From contig BQFW01000002.1 in NCBI GenBank assembly GCA_020891255.1, positions 1,488,001-1,552,000 on the forward strand: a stretch of DNA of 64,000 nucleotides, given 5' to 3'. The notes under the pieces are model-generated. The model was not told where the DNA came from and did no database searches. It worked only from the letters and a program-made list of their open reading frames with translations. The stretch comes from Entomortierella parvispora E1425 (Eukaryota; Fungi; Mortierellomycota). Made by a program: the position numbers and the translations under genes. This document shows, one piece after another, positions 25,727 through 37,011 of the stretch (within the stretch, counting starts at the first letter, position 1; every line of letters starts with the position of its first letter).

Positions 25727-25764
25727 TTTTATTTTTTGCCACTAATTCGGACGAGGGACATACT

Positions 25765-28700
25765 TTACAAGAAGTTTTTGAGCCAAAAGAACATCAACGT
25801 CTCAAAGTGCTCGTTCACGCGCGCATCCCGCAGGCCGTGTCGTTCGGTGGGGTATAGTTGGACTTGATGCGGTTTGTTAAACCGAACCAAATCCGCGATC
25901 AGTGTCTCTGTGTTCTTGAAGTGCACGTTCTCGTCAATCAATCCATGTGCAATCAGAAGTCGGTTGTCCCTAAATAAAAAAAATCGGTCCGTTAGGAAAA
26001 GAAAAAGAAAAAAAAGGACGCAGGAATAGTGAATTGTGCATGCATGCTTTGCCCCAACAGTCAAGACTTACTGATCGGGAAGTTTTTCGACCCAATTCAG
26101 AACATTACTCTTGGCGTACGCTTCGGGGTTCTCGTGGAGCAAGCCCATATATCTTTCCGTGTAGGCGCTGTTATACAGTTCCCATTGTGTAACTGGGGCT
26201 CCAGCAATAGCAATCTTGAATACATGGGGGTACTGTGCCAATGCCATTAAGGAAAGATAACCACCTAGGTGTTGACAGGAAAATGTTAGATCTTGATTTT
26301 ATAAAGTTGTAAAGCTCGGCTTCCTCCCTGGGACATATATGTAGCGACTCTTACCATAGCTCCAGCCTGTTATGGCGACCCGATCCATGTCGACTAGTCC
26401 TCCGTTTTCTGGCTTGGCCAAATACCTCAGACCTTCAACTTGGTCTCGAATTTCGACCTGGCCCATATGATTTCGAAGGTGACCTTCAAATTCAAGTCCC
26501 CGGTCATTGCTACCTCGACCGTCAATCATTACGACAGCATGTCCTGTCCGAGTAGCCAAAAACACGCGCAGGAATTTTGGCAGCTTGTATTCGTTTGTCA
26601 CCATTTGTGAGCGTGGTCCTCCATAGATGGATACAAGCGTAGGGTATTTTTGTCCCTCGACATAATTGGAAGGACGGTAGAGACAACCATGAAGGGCGAC
26701 ATTGTCCGAACTGGTGAACGTGAAAAACTCTCCTACTGGGTGGTTCGTGGCGTTCGTGGTCGGCATACTAGCCGAGGAAGAAGGAGATGACGAGAACGGG
26801 GAGCTTGAGCCGTTGGATTGTGTAGGTGAATAAGCATTGGGTGGCGGAGCAAACTTGAGACTCGGCTTCCGTCCAGAGCCCCCCGAAGAGCTGAGAATCA
26901 AGCTAGAGTCCGAGGATTGGCTATTCGTTTTTGGGCTGCTCAAAAGGCTGCTGGATAAAAGATGGCTTGCCAAAAATCCTGAAATCGAACTCATGGAGCC
27001 CGTCTTGAACCCGCCAAATCCAGAATCGGCCCTGGTAGGGTTGACAGCTGACTCTGAGCATGTCCTCGTGTGTCCCGAATTAGAAGGAGGCACAACCGGG
27101 CAACGTCGAATATATTTTGCGGACAAGTTGTATATGCCTTCCCGAATCATAAACGCATGGGACGAGATCTTTGGGAATTGGCAACCACAATTGCACCAGC
27201 GAGGGGGGCTTTGCTGCTCCATTGACGGAAAAGTCCAAGACTCTGGACGCCGACATTCACTCCAGCGAAAGTGCATCACAGCACACGCCGGACTCTGGTC
27301 CATACTAGAGTACATTGTAAGGAACCGGTCCTTCTCCACATCCAATGTGACCTGATGACTAAATCCCAGCTGAGTCAACCGGCGAATGTTTCCTGGCTGT
27401 GCTCCCTTTGCATAGCTGGCTACATACAGATGCGTCTCCAGCACAGTGTCACGTTTGGCGATGAAATATACAAGTTGCCGTTCTGCATCGACCGTAATTG
27501 GCTTATCTACCACCTGGTACGAGCCTGAAGTTATTGGTGTAACTGTTGACCCTGACTTTGGTGAATACGAAACAAGATAAAGGTGTCGAAATCCAGTGCG
27601 CTCCGAGGATACAATGAACTGAATCGAAGTCCCAGACTCCTTGTCTGAAGTCGTAGAGGACGGTGCTGTTGGGAACACATGTAGAATGTCTGTAACCTAC
27701 GACAGGAACAAGATACAAATATGAATAATGGAAGGGATATCTGCTGCTTCCTTGATTCGTAAGGGTCTTACATTGATCCAGTATTCACTCTGTTCTTCAT
27801 AGATTAGTTTGACCCGACTCGCAAGTTCGTCCTCTGCCTGCTCTGAACACTCCGCTTGCTCAGCGACAGACATAAAGCAGCTCAGAGGAACAACAACAAT
27901 AGCGGTTCTCTGTTGCCGCCGGTCAAGAATTTGCACCCATGCGCTATGGTATGTATACAAGTCAGTATCCATTATGAGAGAGGAAAATGATATGCAACAT
28001 TATCAGATTTGATCATTACCTTTCGCCTCCTGGAAGCCACCCAAACCGCACTATATATTCAAGCCAAGGAAACAATTTGTACAGAGAAGCTCTGCCCCAA
28101 AGGCGCTTATGGACGGGTTCTGGCGGAGACTCCTACGATTAAGCTGCGTTAGTCAAGATTTTTGTGATTGAAAACGTGGGGGGGTTGTTCCACAAGACCG
28201 CTTGCTTCATACTTCTTCGTGTTGCTTGGGCACAAAGTCAACGATTTGCAGATCAGACACTGCGTTGGGTGTTCCCGTGTGAGGGTAGCGATACTCCTCA
28301 AACTCTGGATGCACGCCCTGCCTAGGAATCACCACAAGATCCACCATAGCCTCAGAAACCTGCAGGTATAATATCCGTTCTGAGGCTCTCGGAGGAGCTG
28401 TCCGAGTCGCCGCAGGTAGAGGGAGAGCTTCCAGGAGTGAGGGTGAGGTAACTGTTGGAGATCCTGGACAAGATGGGAGGGGAGATGATGCTACTAATGG
28501 AGAGGCGGAGCTTGTCCTGGGTTGCGTAGGGGCCCAGTAATAATTTGTAAAACGGTGAAACTCTTCCTGCATGACAAATTCTGCAATGCCGCAGCTAATG
28601 TCTGATTTTTTCTTGTTCCTGGAACAAAACGTGAGCTGCGTCTCAATCCCCGAAGTTGTCATGACCCAGATATCCTGGTCGCGAGTGAAGGCAATGAGGT

Positions 28701-29691
28701 CTAGATCCCTTCCTCCTAGTTTGGGATCGCACCTGGCACCTATGGACCCTGCTCCTTTGTCAAGATTAGAGGCTGTAGAATTGGAAAGAGATGCCCTTGG
28801 TGAAGTCAGAGGTCCTGAGACGGATACAAAGTTGAGACTTGCAGTAAGGGCAGACTGCATTATGTTAGAATAAGATCGACCAGGACTTGATCCAGACATG
28901 GCAAGGTCCGGTCGAGCTGGTTGAGGGTTGACTTTGCCATCCTAAAGCAAAACAGTTACAGAACAAGACAAGGATCAGCTTGATTGATTTCGCAAGATGG
29001 GAGATTTGTTTGTGGATATCGATCTATCGATCTGTACCTCCAAAACATCCGCCGTGTAGACAGTTGAGCCATAGGGGAACAAGAGTCGATTAGCCTGTGG
29101 CTCAAACTGATAGCAGGAGAGCCGGTCGGTCGGGGAGTGTCCAGGAATGGCGTTGGTTAGCTTGAGCCACTCCTCCGTCAACACAGGGATCCAGGGAAGC
29201 ACAGGGGCGGCAGCGAGGATCTGATCTGTGGCCGCACGTGTGTCCAATGTGGTTGAGGGGTCGTGTATGTGGGCGTGGGCGCGAGGGTGTGACGACGAGG
29301 GCCGGCTTGGATCAGACTCGCGTGCGCCGGGAATGGCCTGGATGGGCGTCGGGGGCGGGCCGGCAAAGAACTGGTACGTCTCTGGATTGAAGGGCACGAG
29401 CCCCATATCTTGATCCTGATCCTGATCCTGATCCTGATCAGAGCTGTCCTGGTCTTGGCTGTCTCCTAGCGAAAGGTCCGAGTCCGAGTCCAAGTCCGAG
29501 TCTGCAAATGGCCGAGGAAGGTCGACCCGAAAGAGCATGGGCGACTTTGAGGAGCGAGTAAGGTCATTGGCGAGAAAGAAGATGCGATCCCTCGCTGTGT
29601 CAAAGACAAAGTCTCGCATCGTGGTGACAGTGGGCTGCACAGATGCCCGGAACGACCGCACCTCGCTGCGAGTCTGGTCCCAGCTAGCCAT
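25765..29691 (-). CDS. DPP9: Dipeptidyl peptidase of family S9B, cytosolic DPP8/9-like, 7 exons
   Basis: FVMQEEFHRFTNYYW, YRYPHTG, spliced GWSYGG nucleophile elbow, YTERYMG and HGLIDENVHF. No N-terminal TM anchor or signal peptide. Confidence 0.88.
29409..29440 (-). repeat. Hexamer microsatellite (GATCAG)n encoding DQDQDQDQD in the DPP N-terminal insert
   Basis: Directly visible TGATCC repeats on the + strand. Confidence 0.85.
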
Positions 29692-30042
29692 GGAATAGTG
29701 AGTGGAGCGGAGAGGGCTGTTGAGGCGAATGAGTGGGAGAAGGGAAAAAAGAGGCAGAATGAGGTAGGCAACTGGGAGCGGGAGTGGAGAGTGGAGAGAG
29801 AAAAGAGGCAGCAGCACTGCAGGGGCGAGGGTTGGGGGGGTCGGAGAGCGAACAGAGGGATGGAAAACGATGGATGTGATGAGAGCACAGCGACTGGAGA
29901 GTGGAGAGCGACGAATGAACGAGCCATGCAAGATGAGTCCTGGCTGGTGGTCGATGCATCGTTCGCCTCGTTTTTTTGGGTTGGATCAGGCAGCACGTGA
30001 CACCTTTTTTTTTATTTCTATTTTTTTTTGTTCGTGCTTCCT

Positions 30043-32225
30043 CTATTGGCGCTCGGGCAAGTACTTGTATGGGTTCATGATACCCTTGGGGTCAATCATA
30101 TCCTTGATCCGTCTCATCATGTGAATCATCGAAGGTGACTTGGAATAGTGTACATGCGGTGCCTTGAAAAGCCCAAGACCGTGTTCGGAGGAAATCGATC
30201 CCGAATGCTTCGCTGTCCACTCGTACACGTAGGGCTCGATGATGTCGGTCACAGCATCCGAATAGCGTCTGGCTGCAATATTGAGATGCAGGTTGCCTGG
30301 AGAAGATAAGCCAGACAGGGTGAGTATGACATCTTGGTTATTTCCAATACTGGTTATTTCATTCAAAGAGCCACAGTCTTACCGTCACCAATATGACCGA
30401 ATCCGACCACACATTCGACAGGCTTGTCGTCTCCCAGTACGCCTTCCTTATCCAAGCGCGCACGCATGTCCTCAACCATCTGATAGAAAACTGGCACCGG
30501 GATCGAAAGATCATACTTGTACACTGATCCGGTCTTTGAGCACGCTTCTGGAATACCTTCACGGATTGCCCACAGGTTCTTAAACTGAGTGGTGTCCTGT
30601 GCAACGACTCCATCCTGCACAATTTCATCCGTCAAAAGACCTTCAAGGTAGTTGGTCAACTTTTCATCATCATGATCCTTGTTGCTGCCGCTGGTTTCGA
30701 TCAGAACATAGAAAGGGTGGGGACTCTCCAAGGGGTCGTTCTTTCCTGCCACCAAATGCTTCTTGACAAGGTCAATTGAGGCTCGGTCCCAAAATTCAAA
30801 AGCGGACAAAATTTCTGACAGCTCATCTCTCGATCGCTTGTATGCAGATTGCACTTGCTCAAAGCTACTGAGTCCCAAAAGTGCGACGTTGATGGCCTTT
30901 GATCTCTTTGGTGCAAGAATCGACACTCCAGTCACAATTCCAAGCGTTCCTTCCGATCCAATGAACAGCTGCTTCAGATCATATCCCGTATTGTCCTTGC
31001 GGAGAGTTGACAAATTCTCAAGAATCGTGCCGTCCGGAAGAACCTAGAAATTGAGAGAATTGCGCTGTCAGTGTCTTCCAATGTAACATATGTGGCGTGA
31101 TTCTTACTGGATGAAGGCACTAACCACTTCCAATCCTAGTACTGTTCCGTGAAGCGAGCCGTATCTAAGGAGCCGAAGGCCTCCTGCATTGGTCGCGACA
31201 TTGCCTCCAATATGACAACTATCGAGAGCCAATATGGGTTAATTCCAAAAGAAATAAAAAGAGTTGTTAATATCACAATAGTCTGCCCGTGTGCCGTACC
31301 TTCCCTTGGCTCCCAGATCCAGGGGCATGATGTAGCCTTTCTCGGCGAGGTAATTGTCGAGAACTTCTAAAATGCATCCGGCATCGCATACCAAAGCACC
31401 TAGTTGGAGATGTCCGATATCACGACAATTAATTTAGATTCAAATCCACAAAACTGGTCGTGCTGATCTTTGATGGTCCTGTTATTATTACCAGAGATAG
31501 GGTCAAAGCTCCGGACAGAGCTCATATTTGCTGTAGAGATAATAATTTCGTCGAATACTGGTACTCCGCCTCCGACCAGTCCAGTGTTTCCACCCTGAGG
31601 AACGACAGCCAACCTGCGGAACATGGAGCAACCATTAGATTAGATATACAATGATGACCACGTGGCGGGATTCATAGAGATAATCATCCTACATGTTGTC
31701 ATTGCAGTATTTCAGGATCTTTGAAACCTGCTCGGTAGTCGAGGGCTTGAGCACAATCTTGGATTGACCCCGGTACTTTTGCATCCAGTCGTTGTTGAAT
31801 GCCTCGAGATCCTCTTCGTCCTGCGAGATGGCCGAAGGAGCGAGAATGGATTTGAAATAGGATACATCCTCATCCGACAACTAGATTTGCAAAGGCCCGT
31901 TAGATTGATGCGATTTTTTTTGGGGCCTTCGAGACACCGGGGAATCGGCCCAATGAGCAGATCTATCGGATTTATCTACCTTTTTAAACGCCTGGTTTCT
32001 CTTCAGGTAAGGAAACTTTTCAGCAGTGTATGGTTTCTTTCCATCCACAGCCGCAGCCTGTTGTGACCGAGACAACACGGAGAACGCGACTCGGTTGGTC
32101 CAAGCCGGTACGGGCACAGACATCCTGGAAGCATTAGCAGCCAAGGAAGGAAGACGACGTAAAGGAAAGGCCGAAGCGGCCACGGCCCGAGAGAATGGAC
32201 GAGCAGCAAGAGCCTTGGACAGCAT
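30043..32225 (-). CDS. DLD2: Mitochondrial FAD-linked D-2-hydroxyglutarate/D-lactate dehydrogenase, 7 exons
   Basis: Arg/Ala/Ser-rich presequence; [55 protein letters not shown] and ISSEHGLG. All six introns are GT-AG and in frame. Confidence 0.95.
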
Positions 32226-32975
32226 TGATGAATGAATGAATGAAAATGAATGCGTGAAGTGTGAATGGAGGACAGGAAAGAGTGAGAAGGGCAGGAGACA
32301 AGAGAAGAGGGAAGCAAGAAAAAAGAGAAGACGAGAGTGAGAGTGAGAGTGAGAGTGGCAAGAGAGAAAGAGAAAGAAAAGAAAGAAGCTCTCCTACCCC
32401 GCACACCATCATTTTCATCTGATCAGTTCAACAAACACTGAGTCAAAGTGTCCTGGTTGCAACTCAGCAAAAGTCGCCCTGATAAGAACCATCCTTAAGG
32501 GGGCCATACTGCCGACAAAACGCGGTGGCAACGAGCAACCAGTCAGGGACGCGCGCCGATCCAATCCACCGTGGGTCCCGCCCGCGTTGCCTGGTTCCCT
32601 GTCTGCTTACTATGGCCCACATTGGAGAAAGCCCAGGTCCTTGCAGGCAAAGGCGAGGGGAGGGAAGACACGACCAGGCGCGGGACAATGTGGACCCCCT
32701 GAATCCCCTCGAGTGCTCTCATGAGCCGGCCATTCGGTGACCGTTGCGGGTGAATGAAATGTGTTTTCTTTTTTTTTTTTTGTTTCTTTTTCTTTTTTTT
32801 TCCTCCCCTCCTGCTCGCTCTTGCTCTTCCCTCGCCTTTGCTCTTGCTCCCACTCCCCAAAGTCGCGTTCCTCTCTTCTTTCCCTTCGCCCCTTTATTTA
32901 CTGTTGTTTTTTCTCGCTTCTTCCTTTTCTCTTCCTTCTTTAACCCTCCCCACATTCATTAAAAGGACGGCGACC

Positions 32976-35900
32976 ATGGACATCCAGGCATTGTACCACC
33001 TCTTCCAGGCAACCCTGCAGCCCGACACCAATGTCCGCATCCAGGCCGAGTTGCAGCTCAAGCAGGTACATCTTCGTCCAGAGCAGCAGACAATCATTAG
33101 AATCTCCTCAGGGTCCATGGCCATGTTGCTGGCTGATCCTTTTCATCTTGCTGACGCTATTCTTTTCTGCTTGTGTACTGGGTCTTTAGCTTGAGGGAAC
33201 TCAGGGTACTCTCCTGTCCTCCATGCAAATCGTAGGATCCAACGAATCTGAGCTCCAGGTTCGCCAGGCTGGTAAGTTGCACTGTCCAGGGTAAGGACAG
33301 GGGCCGCGTTCACTGTCACCGGAAATCTGACATTTCCCTCCAATTATTAGCTTCCATTTACTTCAAGAACGCAGTCAAGCGGTACTGGTTTGAGACCGAG
33401 GCCACCCCTGCCCATCTCAAGATCTCGGAGAATGACAAGGATACCATCAAGGGCAGCATTATCCAGCTCATCGCTGCCGCCCCTAACCTGATCCGGTATG
33501 GCAGCATGGACCACAATGCGATAGACATTCAATCCTCTTGGTCCAAGTTCGCCTTTAACTGACCTCTTGCTTCTTCTTGACATCTTCAGCACCCAACTGA
33601 TCACGGTCCTTGGTGTCATTTTATCCAACGATTTCCCTGCAAAATACCCTGGGTATCTTGGACAGGTTCAGAACTTGCTCCAGTCGCAGGATCCCAAGGT
33701 TGTCTACGTTGGACTCTTGGCACTAAAGGAGGTCACCCGTGTCTACAAGTACGCCCTCATCGTGATCTTCAAAACGCAGTATCATGTGCACTTTGATTCT
33801 TACAATGGATCTCTTCTCTGAATTGACAGGTTCAAGGTCTCGGATCGTGAGCCTTTGGACGAGATTATTGGCACCTTCTTCCCTGCCATCCAACAAATCG
33901 GTGCAGGACTTATCAACACTAACAGCACTGAGGCAGCAGAGATGCTCAAGTTGATCTTCAAGTGCTACCACTACACTATTCAGATGGACATGTCCGAGCG
34001 TCAGCGTGATAGCGCCTCTCTGGTTCCTTGGGGAACTCTCTTTGTTCAGATGGTTGAAAAGCCCATTCCCATGGAGGGATTGCCTACGGATCTGGAAGAG
34101 CTGGAGAAGCACCCTTGGTGGAAGGCCAAGCGCTGGGCATACCAGTGCTTGAACCGCCTGTATACTCGTTACGGAAACCCAGCTGCTCTCACCTCTGATT
34201 CAAAGTTCAAGGAATTTGCCACGGGATTCGTCCAGAACTTTGCCCCCACCATTCTCACTGCCTACCTCAAGCAGGTAGAGTTCTGGGTGGCTAAGCAAGC
34301 CTGGCTCAGCCCTCGTGTTCTCTGCTTGATTGGAAACTTCTTCGAGGAGAGGTAAGTCAAGGATGCCTGTCATTTATCTAACTCGTACTGTAACCTGTAT
34401 CTGCATGGGACCTAACATCAATTGATCTGTTTTGTAGCGTCAAAGATAAGCACATTTGGTCCTTGATGAAGCCTCATTCCGAGACTCTGGTTACCCACTT
34501 CGTTTTCCCTCAGCTGTGCTTCACCACCGTCGATGAGGCTCTTTGGGTGGATGACCCCGTCGAGTACGTCAACGCAAAGATCGGTAAGTTTCTTTCATTG
34601 ACTATTTGGCACAAGGATCCTACCAAGGAGTCAATCTCACCCTTTGAATCCCCACAACATAGATGCTCTTGAGGACTTTGCAAGCCCCTCCACCGCAGCT
34701 GTCAACTTCATGGCCGTCATGGCCCGTTACAGACAGAATGCCTTCATGCAGATCCTCAACCTGGTGAACAGTGTTCTTCAGAAGTACAACGAGGCTCCTG
34801 TATCAGAGAAGAACCCTAGAGAAAAGGATGGCGCTTTGGTCATGATTGGAGCTCTTGCCCCCTTGATCCTCCGCAAGGTATAATTGAGAGTGAAACTCCA
34901 GGACAAAATACCGAAATTGTAAAGACATTCGTGGATGAGGTGCTAACAAGATCTAATTCTGTACTGACGCGGTAACTTAGAGCTCGCTCTCGGAGATGAT
35001 GGAGCCCTTCTTTATTAACCACGTCTTCCCTGAGTTCAAGAGCCAGTTCCCTTACCTCCGGGCTCGTGTAAGTTTTGGATAACCGGTACAATACCATGAT
35101 GGCAAAAGTAAGAGAGTGCTTATTAATTTGTATTCTCGTATCTAGGCTTGTGAGATGGTGAACCATTTCAGCGATCTTGACTTTGCGGATCCAAATAACG
35201 TCGCCATTGCTTTCACAGGCCTCATGGAGAGCTTGAACGACACCGAACTTCCAGTCAAGGTCACCGCTGCATTGGCGTTGAGACCCATGATTCGCCATGA
35301 GCTTGTGTGCGAGGCCATGAAGCCCCACCTCCAGTTTATCATGCAACAGCTTTTGGCAATGACCAATCAGATCGATATCGATACCCTTTCCAATGTCATG
35401 GACGAGTTCGTGGAGGTTTTTGCTCAAGAACTTGCACCGTTTGCCGTGCAGCTCTGTGAGCAATTGCGTGACACTTTCTTGCGCATTTGTGCGGATATGG
35501 GCCCCAACACCGATGGCCTTGAGGATTTGTCGGACAGTGCAATCGATGAGGCTTCGGACAAGACTATGGCCGCCATGGGTGTTCTGAAGACCATGGGTAC
35601 CCTGATCCTGAGCTTGGAGAGCACACCTGAGGTGTTAAACCAGCTCGAGATTGCCCTCATGCCCGTTATCACCTTCACGCTCCAGAACGCAATCATTGAC
35701 CTGTTTGATGGTGTCTTTGAGATTATCGATAGCTGCACCTTCTCTGGAAAGGCCATTTCCGCCAACATGTGGTCTGTCTTTGAGATGATCTACAAGACCT
35801 TCAAGGAGTCAGCGTTGGATTTCATGGAAGAGATGCTGCCTTCTCTCGACAACTATGTGTCGTACGGCAAGGATGTCGTGTCCACCAACGAAAACGTCCA

Positions 35901-36900
35901 GCATATGCTTTACGACATTATCGAGACTGTCATGAAGAGCGACCGTCTGGGTGAGAACGACCGCGTTCAAGCCTGCAAGTTGTCCGAATCCTTGCTGTTG
36001 AACTGCCGTGGTCATGTCGACAAGTATGTGGCCCCTATCTTGAATCTTGTGTTCCATTACTTGGCTCCCGAGGATGCCATCCAAACGGTTGAGTTCCGTG
36101 TGCAATCGCTCGAGGTGGTCATGAACGCCCTCTACTACAATGCGCCAGTGACTTTGCGTCTGTTGGAGGAGAACGGATGGACTCAGCGTTTCTTGAGCGT
36201 CTGGTTCACAAGCCTGGACAAGTTCTCGCGTGTCCATGACAAGAAGCTGTCGATCTTTGCCCTGTGCTCCATCCTTAACGTCTCTGTGGATCAACTTCCC
36301 CCAGCTCTCCAGAGTGGATGGCCCGAGGTCCTTAATGGAATTTTGAAGAACTTTGAGGGTCTTCCCATTGCCCAGGCTAAGCGCAAGGAGATGGAGAAGC
36401 TCTACAACATTGGCTCTGACGATGATGACTCTGATGATGATTCCGATGACTCCGACGATGATTCTGATGATGAGGAGCAGAACGCTCTCGAAGCTGCACT
36501 TGCTGCCGACGATGATGATGTGGAAGAAGAGTGGGTGGATGACGAGGAGGATGTCCATGACGAGGGTCATGAGTACCTCGAATTCTTGGCTCAGCAGGCC
36601 TCTAAAACTCGCTCCTCTGCTGCCGAAGGCGAGAGCGGCGACGAAGATGATGATGAGGAGGAGGAGTACGAGGATTTGGAGGAGGAAATCTACTTCCAGT
36701 CGCCCTTGGATGACCTGGATCCTTATGTGGTCTTCCGCGAGGTCTTTACTGGACTTCAACAGCACAACCCTGCCTCGTACAATGAACTCACCAAGGCTAC
36801 GACACCAGAGCAACAGGAATTCATCATGCACTTGCTTCAGGTTGCCGAGGCCAACGCTCAGGCTGCTGCTGAGGCCGCTGCTGCTGCCTCCGAGGCGTAA
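32976..36900 (+). CDS. IPO7: Importin-7/8 family karyopherin (Nmd5/Sxm1-like), 9 exons
   Basis: IBN_N-like start (QAELQLKQ..ASIYFKN), HPWWKAKRWA, REKDGAL, FPYLRARAC and an acidic C-terminal loop. All introns are GT-AG. Confidence 0.92.
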
Positions 36901-37011
36901 AGAGCGAGCCCCCCTTGTTCACCTTAGCTTACTAACGACATTTCTAACGCACACCTGCAGCTCAATGCATCCAAGAAAAAAAACCCCCCATAATAATAAT
37001 ACCATTCATTT

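Noticed and set aside
35809-36831. 340-codon antisense ORF
   Set aside because: Shadow of the codon-biased importin exon; no motif.
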